A stretch of 32,769 nt of DNA from an uncultured Gammaproteobacteria bacterium (GTDB taxonomy: Bacteria; Patescibacteriota; Microgenomatia; Levybacterales; UBA12049), in contig CAZTFV010000004.1 in assembly GCA_964613075.1 (NCBI GenBank), positions 1 to 32,769 on the forward strand, read 5' to 3'. A program made the translations under genes and the position numbers. This document shows, in pieces, positions 16,364-25,139 of the stretch (the first letter of the stretch is position 1; every line of letters starts with the position of its first letter). The notes under the pieces are model-generated. The model made no database searches and had not been told where the DNA came from. It worked only from the letters and a program-made list of their open reading frames with translations.

Positions 16364-17437
16364 TTAATACTCCGGCACGACCATATAAAGCACAGTTGTC
16401 GTATACGTGCCTGATTTCTGTGTGTCTGAGACAGTAACCCGATAAGAAATGGTGAACTGCTCATTGCTAATTGCCGTTGTCACGGGTCCTGCGTGATCGG
16501 CAACCGGGTCTCCAGGACTGGCGGTTGTGAAGCCGGCATATTTTGCTCCACCGTTGGTGAAGCGATCTGCTGTACCGCCTGTCAGATTGCTGTCACTCGT
16601 TGTATAGCCAAAACCTGTGCCACTCCACGAGGTTGGGGAGGCACTGGTGCCGCTATAGTGTGAGATAGTATCACTTCCGAAGGTCAAAAGACCGCTAATC
16701 CGACCATTCACAACATATCCGTTATACGCATTTGTTGAGGTTGTTAGGACAGTGCTTTTGCTACTGTCGGTGTAGCTGTTGCCGGTATTGAGGTTGCTGA
16801 AGGTTAAAGTCGCTGAGTCAATGCCAAAGGTAAGAGAGGGCAGTGAGGTTGTAGCGCTCGCCTGCGGCCCAAGGCCTGACTCAGTGAAATTGCCTTGCCG
16901 AGCCTTTACTCGCACCTTATAGGTTGTGTTTTGACTAAGACCGGTAATCGTCGTTCCGGTAGCAGAACCCCAACCGCTATAGGTGAGCCAATCCTCGTCT
17001 CCTAGTGTTGTCCCTATTGTCCCGTCACTTTGCACCCACTGCGTTGTCGCCCAGTCACTTGAGGTTATGGCAATGGCGTATTTTGTATCAGAGGGATTTC
17101 CGCCTTGACTGATGACGATTTGCAATCGTTCATAATTACTCGACTGGTTGGTAAATGTCGGTGCAGGTGGGATATTTGCCATATGGGTAAAAACTAAGCC
17201 TGCGCGTATGTTGTAGGTTTCCGAAGAGGGGCTGCCGACATCAACCTCACCCAGTGTTCCCATAACCGCGTATGATTCTGAAGAGGAAGTTGCGCTCCCG
17301 CCTGAGCCAAAGCCATATTCGATCAGTTCGTAGTTGGTGCTTGAGGGACCAGCAGAGACGAGGGGAGGAAAAGCCAGTAGGTAAATTAAGTAACCCAGGT
17401 AACTTAAGTAACCTATGAAAAAACGAACTCTTCTCAT
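16364..17437 (-). CDS. Secreted protein with Fn3-like domain and WxL/pilin-like C-terminal domain
   Basis: ITGLSQNTTYKVRVKAR (Fn3), TTSTNAYNGYVV, GFGYT and QKSGTYTTTVLYMVVPEY. The C-terminal half resembles 14070-15224. Confidence 0.75.
   Translation of the reverse strand: MRRVRFFIGYLSYLGYLIYLLAFPPLVSAGPSSTNYELIEYGFGSGGSATSSSESYAVMGTLGEVDVGSPSSETYNIRAGLVFTHMANIPPAPTFTNQSSNYERLQIVISQGGNPSDTKYAIAITSSDWATTQWVQSDGTIGTTLGDEDWLTYSGWGSATGTTITGLSQNTTYKVRVKARQGNFTESGLGPQASATTSLPSLTFGIDSATLTFSNLNTGNSYTDSSKSTVLTTSTNAYNGYVVNGRISGLLTFGSDTISHYSGTSASPTSWSGTGFGYTTSDSNLTGGTADRFTNGGAKYAGFTTASPGDPVADHAGPVTTAISNEQFTISYRVTVSDTQKSGTYTTTVLYMVVPEY
17380..17415. repeat. TAAGTTACC-family array in frame in a signal peptide (GYLSYLGYLIYL)
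   Basis: + strand ggtaaatta agtaaccca ggtaactta agtaaccta. Confidence 0.8.
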
Positions 17438-17859
17438 ATCGGCAAATAAAACGCTGTTAACCCGAAAAGCGAATGGAGATAGTCAAAGGTACAAATCTGT
17501 GAGATACCTCGGCGGTTGGCCAGAACTGCCATCAACGCCTCAGGGAAAGAAAGTTCTGTTGATTGAAAGGCAACAAGCGCTTTAAGAGCCGCTTTTATAT
17601 CTGACGCATCATGGTAAATAACATTGATATTGCTCAGCTCCAAGCTTCGTAAAAAATCCTTTGCCAGAGAAGGGCTAATATCTTTGTATACCAGGTTATA
17701 GGTATCAATGATGTTTGTCGTATCTGTGAAAAGAAGGTACTCTTCTTGGGAAAAGAATCTAAAGTATGCCGCAGCCTGATCGTGTTTTGGGTGTACCCGA
17801 TCGATAAAGGCGTAGAAGACAGAAGAAGCGATAAAAACCTTTTTACTTAGTATTGCCAT
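17434..17859 (-). CDS. PIN-domain (VapC-like) protein with degenerate active site
   Basis: KVFIASSVFYA...HPKHDQA...LSFPEA...ICTFDY. Confidence 0.8.
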   Translation of the reverse strand: MAILSKKVFIASSVFYAFIDRVHPKHDQAAAYFRFFSQEEYLLFTDTTNIIDTYNLVYKDISPSLAKDFLRSLELSNINVIYHDASDIKAALKALVAFQSTELSFPEALMAVLANRRGISQICTFDYLHSLFGLTAFYLPI

Positions 17860-17898
17860 AAGTTACTTAAGTGACCTAGGTTACCTAAATCACCTATG
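17859..17898. repeat. TAAGTTACC-family array filling the HTH-PIN intergenic gap
   Basis: taagttact taagtgacc taggttacc taaatcacc tatg. Confidence 0.9.
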
Positions 17899-18178
17899 TT
17901 GATAGGTGTAGACTCGCCCCCCGTCCTTTTAACCGCAGGAGGGGGTCATCTACAGTAAAAATCTTCGCCGGACGCAATTTTATTTTAGGAGCTATTGTGT
18001 CAGTTTCTTGGCGTGGTTTAACGTCTCGGTTAAGATCTTGAAGTTGCGATTCTTTTATTCGTACATTACCGCCGACCTTTACTGCCTTTAATTTGCCTTC
18101 TTTAATGTATCGACGGACAGTCAGGGGATGAATCTTTAAAATAAATGCTGCCTGCTTAACGCTGAAAAGAGTATCCAT
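17894..18178 (-). CDS. Excisionase/MerR-like (HTH_17) DNA-binding protein with antitoxin-like tail
   Basis: LFSVKQAAFILKIHPLTVRRYIKEGKLKAVKVGGNVRI, with C-terminal DPLLRLKG. Confidence 0.85.
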   Translation of the reverse strand: MDTLFSVKQAAFILKIHPLTVRRYIKEGKLKAVKVGGNVRIKESQLQDLNRDVKPRQETDTIAPKIKLRPAKIFTVDDPLLRLKGRGASLHLST

Positions 18179-18406
18179 ATAAGTTATCTATGTAATAGTA
18201 TATATCTGTATACAATTTTATGCAAACTCAAGAAATATTTGACCACACCTATAGATATAGTCTTTAATAGTAATTATGCTGTCTCACTTATATCATTTTA
18301 TAGACAAACTCAGTCGTTTCGCAATAGTCCGATACGCAAAATCCCGTATACGTAAGTTCCATCGCAATTGTAACTTGGTGTATTTAGTATTAGCAACCGG
18401 TAAAAT

Positions 18407-21400
18407 ATGAATCCCGCCTGTCTGAAACCCTTATTCATAAGGGGAGTAAGTACATTGGCGGCTGTTCTTGTCGTAGCCATCTTCCTCCTTATTATCCTGC
18501 CTGCAGCCACAAGAGTTTTTGCCGCAGACGGAATACATAAGCAGATCAACTTTCAGGGAAAACTGGTCAATACCAATGGCACCAATGTCTCAAATGGCGA
18601 CTACTCAATCACCTTTACGCTGTACGATGCAGCCAGCGTCGGAACAAACTTATGGGATGAGGTACAGACAGTCACTGTCACCGACGGCATCTTCCGCGTT
18701 GCATTAGGTTCCATCGATACTACACTTGGCAATGTCAATTTCAACTCAGATAGTCTATACTTGGGAATAAAAGTTGGCACAGACAGCGAGATGACGCCCC
18801 GCATCCGCTTTGCCGCTTCCCCCTATGCGTTCAACGCGCAAAAAGTTAATGGCCTGACAGTCGTTAATACCTCAGGCAATCCTTTTGCCAGCACCACAAC
18901 CTTTCGAATAGGAGACGGGAAGACAGTGTCAGTCAACAATAGTCTGACCTTTGCCGGAACAGACAGTACGACAATTACATTTCCTAATGCGAATGACACA
19001 GTTGTCGTTTTAGATGCTACCCAAACCTTAACCAACAAAACCATTGGTACAAGCGGTCTGACCTTCTCAGGCGCGACAACCGACCTGACAACTGCAGCGA
19101 ATGAAGATTTCGTCCTGTCTCCCAACGGCACAGGAAAAATTGGATTTAACACGACAACTCCCTTAGCGACTCTCGACCTTCGCTACAAAAGCGGGACTAT
19201 TCCCGTTGCCTCAATTGCCGGTATCACAACCAATGCAACACTCGTTGTCGATAACTCAGGAGTAGGAGATATTTTTGCAGCATCAACTGCTGGGTTGACG
19301 CGTTTTGTTATACAAAATAACGGTAACGTGGGTATAGGAAAAACCATTGCAACGGAGAGACTGGATGTAGTTGGCAAGATTAATGCCACGGTTGCCTACG
19401 CCATAGATGGCGCCACCGGTCTCACCGGCAGTAACCTGAACTGCGTGAATGTGACCGGTGGTTTGGTAATCGGAACGGGTGCTTGCGCAGGCGGCGGAGG
19501 ATCATCAAATTGGAATATAGTCAATGGTACAATCTTCCCAAATCAAGCAGGCGTTCTAGATTTACTCATCGGCGGAACCGCGTCAAACGCGGCTGATTTT
19601 GCCATCATCAATGTCAATGGTTCAGGCGCAGTTACCGCTACTACCTCAGGACACTTTACCCTGACAGGAGCAAATACAGCCCATACATTTAATATTGACG
19701 ATAATGGATCACTTAACTTCATTGGCAGTCCGGGTGGAGAAGGAGGCGCAGCTGCAGCAACGAGGCTCTTTATTGCAGACACAGGAAATATTGGCATTGG
19801 AACGACGGACCCATCACAATTGTTATACCTTCTCAACAATACAGGGGCAAGAGTCGTCCTGGAATCATCAACCTCGGTTGCAATCCGGCAAGCAATTACC
19901 AATGTGGCAGGAGTCGGGCGCTGGACAACGTATGCGACGAGCAATGACGGTTCATACCGGTTTGGAAGCGCAACTGATACCTTTTCCTCTTGGACTGATC
20001 GATTAACGATTCAACATGCCTCAGGAGCAGTGGGGATAGGCATAACCAATCCGGCTGGTCATTTACAGGTAAATGGCGGTCGGTGGGGAGGAAATGCAGC
20101 TCTGGTTGTGAACCAGGTCGGCGCGACGACAAACGATATATTCACTGCGTCAGCCTCGGGGGTGACAAAATTTGTTATTAATAACAGCGGGAATGTTGGT
20201 GTTGGGACAACTAACCCATTGGCGCACCTTGATCTTCAGCATTTAGGCCTTTCCGGTCCGACAGCCTCAATCTCAGCTGATAACCATTTTGCTACCCTTT
20301 CACTTGTTAATAGGATCGGTGCAGGTGACTTACTCACGGCCAGCGCTTCAGGAGCTGAGCGGTTTACTATCCACAATAGTGGTCAGCTGAAACTTGCGAC
20401 GGATCTTTATAACACCTGCACCGCACTTGAGACAGTCGGAGGTGTCCTAACCTGCGGCACAGATGATACTGGCGGCGGTGGCGGTGGATCTGCGACCTTT
20501 ACTGTTGCCAATGGAGCGATTTTCCCCAACCAGGCCAGTGTTCTCGATCTATTGGTAGGTGGGACTGCTACAAGTAGTGCCAAATTCTCAGTTTTGAATA
20601 TTTCAGCAAATGCTGGAACTCCAGTCATCGCCTCAGTCGCCGGCAATCTGGTCGTCATGCCTGACTACACAAAAGGCAATGATACGGCAAGCGGCAATGT
20701 CTCAATCGGCACAACATCAGCTACAGAGCGACTGACGGTAAAAGGGAATATCAAGATCGAAGCCAAAGCGAATAACACGACAACACCGAATACCTGGACA
20801 AAAGTGTCAAGCAGCACAATCGGACAAATCGCAGCGGGTGGATCAATTGGTGTTGCTTCTGTGTCAGCAGCTGTCGTCTATAACGGAAGTCTGTATGTCG
20901 GCACCAGTACAGATGGAAAAGGCTTAGCAGAAGTTTGGCGCTACAATGGAACATCGGGAAGCTGGATTCGACTTAACAGTACAGCAGGTACATTCGGCGG
21001 AGAGACAGCCATAAATGGCGTTACTGCGATGGCTGTCCATAACGGCATTTTGTATATCGGAACTAGCAAGCCAAACGCTGCGCGTATCTATCGTTACAAT
21101 GGAGGAAACACAAATGGAGCAAGCTGGACAGCTCTCAACGCAACCCCCGGCACTTTCACCGCTCAGGCAAATGTTGATGCAGTTGTCAGCATGGTTTCCT
21201 TTGGCGGCATTCTCTATATCGGTACATTTGAGCCAAATGCAGGCGAAGTAATCCAGTATACAGGAGGGACTGCAAATTCGACCTGGAGAAGGGCTCACGC
21301 GACCGCTGGCACAATCTGCTCATCTGGTACAGCTTTTGATAGTGTAACAACACTGTCAGTTAACAATGGTCTTCTTTTTGCCACAGCGACAAAGGGCTAT

Positions 21401-23668
21401 AACGGCAGGATGGAAATGTGCCGCTACTCTGGTAGTAATACCTGGGTTGAGTTAGGTTCAACGACAGACGGCACCTACAGTGTGAATGGAGCAAATATCA
21501 CCGTTGCTTCAAGTAGCGCGGCTGCATCTTATAACGGAAAACTCATATATGGAATTCGTAAAACTAATAACGCAGACGCGATAAGGCTTGACAATGAGAT
21601 CGTAATCGTAAATACGGGGAATTTCTCCCGTAGTAATTCCGCAGCAGGTACAATTGCGGTCGGAGGAACAACTGCTATAGACGGCATAACTGCCCTGACA
21701 ACATATAACGGCAGGCTTTACGCAGGCACAGAAGAACCCTCAGGTACACAAATTTACCGCTACGATGCAGAGGATAGGTGGGTCTTAGTTTCGCAAACTA
21801 CTCAAGGACAAATAGCATCGGGTGGTACAACAGGGCTTCGTAAAGCAACCATCCTTATCTCCTGGAACGGCAAGCTCTATGCCGCTGTAACAAATGGCGC
21901 AGGAGCAGAAATTTATGAATATTCAGGTTATACAAAAGATCAGTCATTTGCTCTTGCCTTCCATGCGACAAATTCTGATATCGCAGGCGGAGAACAAGGC
22001 GGTTTTCAGAATTTGGCACAAATATTCTTCTCTGCATCCCAATCAGCAAGCTTTAACCAAGGAGCACCAAGTCAGGGCGCATTTGTACTGGATCATAGCA
22101 TTGTATTTACCGGTGGCGGCTTTGACGTGGCTGAGGATTATCCTACAAAAGATACAGGGCTTTCGCCAGGGGATCTGGTTTCACTTGATACATTCGATGC
22201 TGGCTATGTGCATAAAGCAAGAGCCGGCCCGTATGACCAAAATGTAGTAGGTGTCATTTCAGAAAAGCCAGGTATACGCTTGTCAGACAAGCTGGACACA
22301 AATACCAATGGTGACCCCATGGTACCAGTTGCGCTTATCGGGCGGGTAGAAGTAAAAGTTTCAAGCGAAAATGGCCAGATCAATCCTGGCGATGCGCTTA
22401 CAACCTCATCCTCGCCCGGTGTTGCCATGAAAGCGACAAAGGCAGGAAGGGTTATCGGAAAGTCATTGGGCTCCTTCTCTTGTCATCCTGAGCCCTTCGG
22501 TCATTCTGAACAAAGTGAAGAATCTCAGGGTAAACTCCGCGAAGGATCTGAAGATTCTTCGGCTTCGCCTCAGAATGACAATGCTTGTTTCGGTAAAGTA
22601 CTCACCTATATTACTGTTGCTGATTACAATGGTCAGAGTCTCTTTGCCACAACCCTGCCCGATGGATTGTCATCTGATAATTCAGCTGGGATCCTCTCAG
22701 ACAGCTTAAAGCTTGCGACAGTCATGGCAACACAAGTTGGAAAAGAACACGCGCCACTTTCTGAAATCAATACGGATCGCGTCACAGCAGGGCTTGAAAT
22801 AATTACAAAGAAATTGATTGCCGATGAAATAGTTGCAAGACATATTAAGGCAGAGCAGATTGATGGACTGGAGATAATAGAGACAGGGATTAAAAGTCAA
22901 GAATCACGAATTAAGGATTTGGAGGGTCTATTTGCCTCATCTTCCGCTGTCATTGCGAGTGAAACGAAGCAATCTCAAGGAGATAATGCTGTTCTTAGTG
23001 CCACGGTTTCTGCAGATAGCAAGTTTGACCAGCTGATGAAAGAGTCCTCTGCATTACTTGCCCAAACATCCTCAGGAAGTGCAATAACGATTGCCGGGTT
23101 AACAGTAGAAGGCAATACGACAATCGAAAGTGACCTTCGTGTGAAAGAAGACGGATTAGTAGAGGGACTCTTAAGCGTTATCGATACGATTACGACGAAA
23201 AACCTCCTCGTTTCAGGTTTAACAGAATTTTTTGGAGATGTTGTGCTGAAAGGACATATTACGTTGTCTGGTGATACTGCCGGAACTGTTGTTGTTGAGA
23301 AGGGAGAAAAGACCGCCACAGTTGCTTTCGCAAAAGAATATGAAGAGGTGCCACATATTCAGGCAGTGATTGTTTCAAAGGATCTCACGGATGATGAGTT
23401 TAAAAAACGTAAAGACGATGGAGCGTGTAACCAAGATGATGACAAAGAAACTTGCCAGGAGCGTATTGATAATCGTCTGCTCAATAGCACTATCTCCTAT
23501 GTCGTTACAAAACAGTCAACGAAAGGCTTTGTGGTACGGCTCCGAAATGCTGCTTCTGAGGACTATACGTTCTCCTGGTCAGCATTATCTGTAAAAGAAA
23601 ATCCAAAAGCTGAAAAAGATAGTGAGCTTGAGAAAAAAGCGGCAATTCTGCTAAAAGCCTTTGAATAA
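18407..23668 (+). CDS. Large secreted surface protein: tail-fibre-like GNVGIG repeats, 7-bladed beta-propeller, Peptidase_G2-like autocleavage domain
   Basis: Signal peptide and INFQGKL...EMTPR N-domain. Repeated GNVGIG/GNIGIGT. Seven (Y/H/F/W)NGxLYxGT-like blades. DVAEDY...VGVIS.KPG...PVALIGRVEVKVS.ENG.I.PGD.LT.SS.PGVAMKA. Confidence 0.85.
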   Translation: MNPACLKPLFIRGVSTLAAVLVVAIFLLIILPAATRVFAADGIHKQINFQGKLVNTNGTNVSNGDYSITFTLYDAASVGTNLWDEVQTVTVTDGIFRVALGSIDTTLGNVNFNSDSLYLGIKVGTDSEMTPRIRFAASPYAFNAQKVNGLTVVNTSGNPFASTTTFRIGDGKTVSVNNSLTFAGTDSTTITFPNANDTVVVLDATQTLTNKTIGTSGLTFSGATTDLTTAANEDFVLSPNGTGKIGFNTTTPLATLDLRYKSGTIPVASIAGITTNATLVVDNSGVGDIFAASTAGLTRFVIQNNGNVGIGKTIATERLDVVGKINATVAYAIDGATGLTGSNLNCVNVTGGLVIGTGACAGGGGSSNWNIVNGTIFPNQAGVLDLLIGGTASNAADFAIINVNGSGAVTATTSGHFTLTGANTAHTFNIDDNGSLNFIGSPGGEGGAAAATRLFIADTGNIGIGTTDPSQLLYLLNNTGARVVLESSTSVAIRQAITNVAGVGRWTTYATSNDGSYRFGSATDTFSSWTDRLTIQHASGAVGIGITNPAGHLQVNGGRWGGNAALVVNQVGATTNDIFTASASGVTKFVINNSGNVGVGTTNPLAHLDLQHLGLSGPTASISADNHFATLSLVNRIGAGDLLTASASGAERFTIHNSGQLKLATDLYNTCTALETVGGVLTCGTDDTGGGGGGSATFTVANGAIFPNQASVLDLLVGGTATSSAKFSVLNISANAGTPVIASVAGNLVVMPDYTKGNDTASGNVSIGTTSATERLTVKGNIKIEAKANNTTTPNTWTKVSSSTIGQIAAGGSIGVASVSAAVVYNGSLYVGTSTDGKGLAEVWRYNGTSGSWIRLNSTAGTFGGETAINGVTAMAVHNGILYIGTSKPNAARIYRYNGGNTNGASWTALNATPGTFTAQANVDAVVSMVSFGGILYIGTFEPNAGEVIQYTGGTANSTWRRAHATAGTICSSGTAFDSVTTLSVNNGLLFATATKGYNGRMEMCRYSGSNTWVELGSTTDGTYSVNGANITVASSSAAASYNGKLIYGIRKTNNADAIRLDNEIVIVNTGNFSRSNSAAGTIAVGGTTAIDGITALTTYNGRLYAGTEEPSGTQIYRYDAEDRWVLVSQTTQGQIASGGTTGLRKATILISWNGKLYAAVTNGAGAEIYEYSGYTKDQSFALAFHATNSDIAGGEQGGFQNLAQIFFSASQSASFNQGAPSQGAFVLDHSIVFTGGGFDVAEDYPTKDTGLSPGDLVSLDTFDAGYVHKARAGPYDQNVVGVISEKPGIRLSDKLDTNTNGDPMVPVALIGRVEVKVSSENGQINPGDALTTSSSPGVAMKATKAGRVIGKSLGSFSCHPEPFGHSEQSEESQGKLREGSEDSSASPQNDNACFGKVLTYITVADYNGQSLFATTLPDGLSSDNSAGILSDSLKLATVMATQVGKEHAPLSEINTDRVTAGLEIITKKLIADEIVARHIKAEQIDGLEIIETGIKSQESRIKDLEGLFASSSAVIASETKQSQGDNAVLSATVSADSKFDQLMKESSALLAQTSSGSAITIAGLTVEGNTTIESDLRVKEDGLVEGLLSVIDTITTKNLLVSGLTEFFGDVVLKGHITLSGDTAGTVVVEKGEKTATVAFAKEYEEVPHIQAVIVSKDLTDDEFKKRKDDGACNQDDDKETCQERIDNRLLNSTISYVVTKQSTKGFVVRLRNAASEDYTFSWSALSVKENPKAEKDSELEKKAAILLKAFE
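22480..22581. repeat. 102-bp palindromic element inserted in frame
   Basis: Termini ttgtcatcctgag/ctcagaatgacaa (12/13 IR). Encodes CHPEPFGHSEQSEESQGKLREGSEDSSASPQND. Confidence 0.88.
22948..22975. repeat. GTCATTGCGAG..GAAGCAATC half-element in frame (VIASETKQS)
   Basis: tgtcattgcgagtgaaacgaagcaatct with attgc/gcaat stem. Resembles Rickettsia-palindromic-element-type repeats. Confidence 0.7.
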
Positions 23669-24003
23669 AGATTTGAGATTAATGATTTATGAATAAGGAC
23701 GGAAAAATACAATCATTTACAGATTTAATAGTTTGGCAAGAAGGGCACAAGCTTGTTATTGCTATATATAGAATTACAAATGGATTTCCTTCGAAGGTGC
23801 AATTCTATTATCAAGCCCACGGATCTTTAACTGAATTGAAAAACCAAATTCTCATTGCTAAAGACGTTAAGTATCTAAGTAAACCTGACTTAAATCAGTT
23901 AATTGAACAGGCGAATATAACCCACCGACTCTTGCAAGGATTAATTAAGAAATCAAAAACATTCATAAATCTTAAATCATGAATCATATTTCATTAAATC
24001 CTA
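23668..24003. mobile_element. Four-helix-bundle cassette bounded by inverted heptamer arrays (putative element)
   Basis: Left arm aagattt gagatta atgattt atgaata (contains the ATG). Right arm attcata aatctta aatcatg aatcata tttcatt (contains the stop). Mobility is inferred. Confidence 0.5.
23689..23982 (+). pseudogene. Four-helix-bundle protein (TIGR02436-like) with in-frame internal deletion
   Basis: IQSFTDLIVWQEGHKLV...FPS is joined directly to KVQFYYQAHGSLTEL. The conserved QxRRAxxSxxxNIAEG helix is absent. Confidence 0.8.
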
Positions 24004-24207
24004 AAGAAAGGAGGTAGTCGTGAAACACATTGACACATAGTATGTCCGTTGTATACAAATTAATAAGAAACATACAAAACGTCCTCTTGTGGTCCTCCAC
24101 ATCTCACCCCTCAACTAAACTATTTTTAGTTTTGCATGTTTTTGGATTAACAAAACTGGTCTTGATTCTTGATAGTAAGATATAGTATCTTAGTATTTTA
24201 AGAATAA

Positions 24208-25137
24208 ATGATTCCGGCTAGCCCTTTTATTACAAAAATTCTGCTTGGCATTGTTTTATTTCTCTCAATTGCACTTGGCTTTGAGCTGTTAGGCAATAAA
24301 GGAAATAAAGTCCCACCGGAAGTTGCAAAGTATAAATACCTCTCTCCACGAATTTTACAAGAGTACCATAACGATATACTTATTAACTTTTTACCTCTTA
24401 GAAATAGACTGAAAGAAGTAACGGCCCCATGGCAAAATAGCTTTGGTCTATATTTTGAATACCTGCCATCCGGCACATCAATTGGTATCAATGAAAAAAA
24501 TGAATTCCCGGCTGCCTCATTGTTCAAAGTTCCGGTTGTCATGGCTTATTATCATAAAAAAGAGCGACTTGGACAAACAAACGACCCCATTGTAACTATA
24601 CAAGAAGGACAAATTGATAAAGAATTTGGGCAGCTTTGGAAAAAAGGACCTGGTACACAAATAAACCTAAAAGACGCAGTAAGACTCGCAATCACCGAAT
24701 CTGACAACACTGCGGTAGTCGTAATTGGAGATCAATTGACTCAGGAAGATTTTGAGCCAATTTATGAAGGATTAGACATTGATCTTCAAGTGACTGACAA
24801 GGGAAGTATAATAACAGCCAAACATTTCTCATCTATTCTAAAAGCGCTATACTTTTCATCAGTGCTGTCAAAGGAAGACTCAAATGAAATTTTAAACCTC
24901 ATGACCAAAACAAAATTTAACGACATGCTTCCCGCCGGAATACAGAGTAATATTCCGGTAGCACACAAGATAGGTATACTTAAAAATCAAGAGTATACGG
25001 ATTGCGGAATTGTATATGAGCCAAAGCGCCCCTATCTTCTTTGCATGATCTCAGCAGGTGATGAGGCAGAAGCAAGAGAACGAATGAAAATTGTCTCAAA
25101 CACAATCTACGAATTTGTCAGCACAGTAAATAAATAG
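24208..25137 (+). CDS. Class A beta-lactamase-related serine hydrolase, membrane anchored
   Basis: FPAASLFK (SxxK), ESDNTA (SxN) and AHKIG (KTG-like) motifs, plus N-terminal TM. Confidence 0.9.
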   Translation: MIPASPFITKILLGIVLFLSIALGFELLGNKGNKVPPEVAKYKYLSPRILQEYHNDILINFLPLRNRLKEVTAPWQNSFGLYFEYLPSGTSIGINEKNEFPAASLFKVPVVMAYYHKKERLGQTNDPIVTIQEGQIDKEFGQLWKKGPGTQINLKDAVRLAITESDNTAVVVIGDQLTQEDFEPIYEGLDIDLQVTDKGSIITAKHFSSILKALYFSSVLSKEDSNEILNLMTKTKFNDMLPAGIQSNIPVAHKIGILKNQEYTDCGIVYEPKRPYLLCMISAGDEAEARERMKIVSNTIYEFVSTVNK

Positions 25138-25139
25138 AG

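Noticed and set aside
16213-16464. 83-aa minus-strand ORF
   Set aside because: It is a translation of the nested palindrome (PACRQAG) and overlaps a real gene.
18407-23668. Prophage
   Set aside because: Only fibre-like motifs are present. The protein has a signal peptide, and there are no capsid, terminase, portal or integrase genes.
24009-24040. AGGAGGT followed by a GTG-started 6-codon ORF
   Set aside because: Too short to support. It may be a gene remnant or chance, and it overlaps a TTGACA.
24208-25137. Antibiotic-resistance beta-lactamase
   Set aside because: No clear class A omega-loop ExxLN motif. A peptidoglycan-related hydrolase is more likely.
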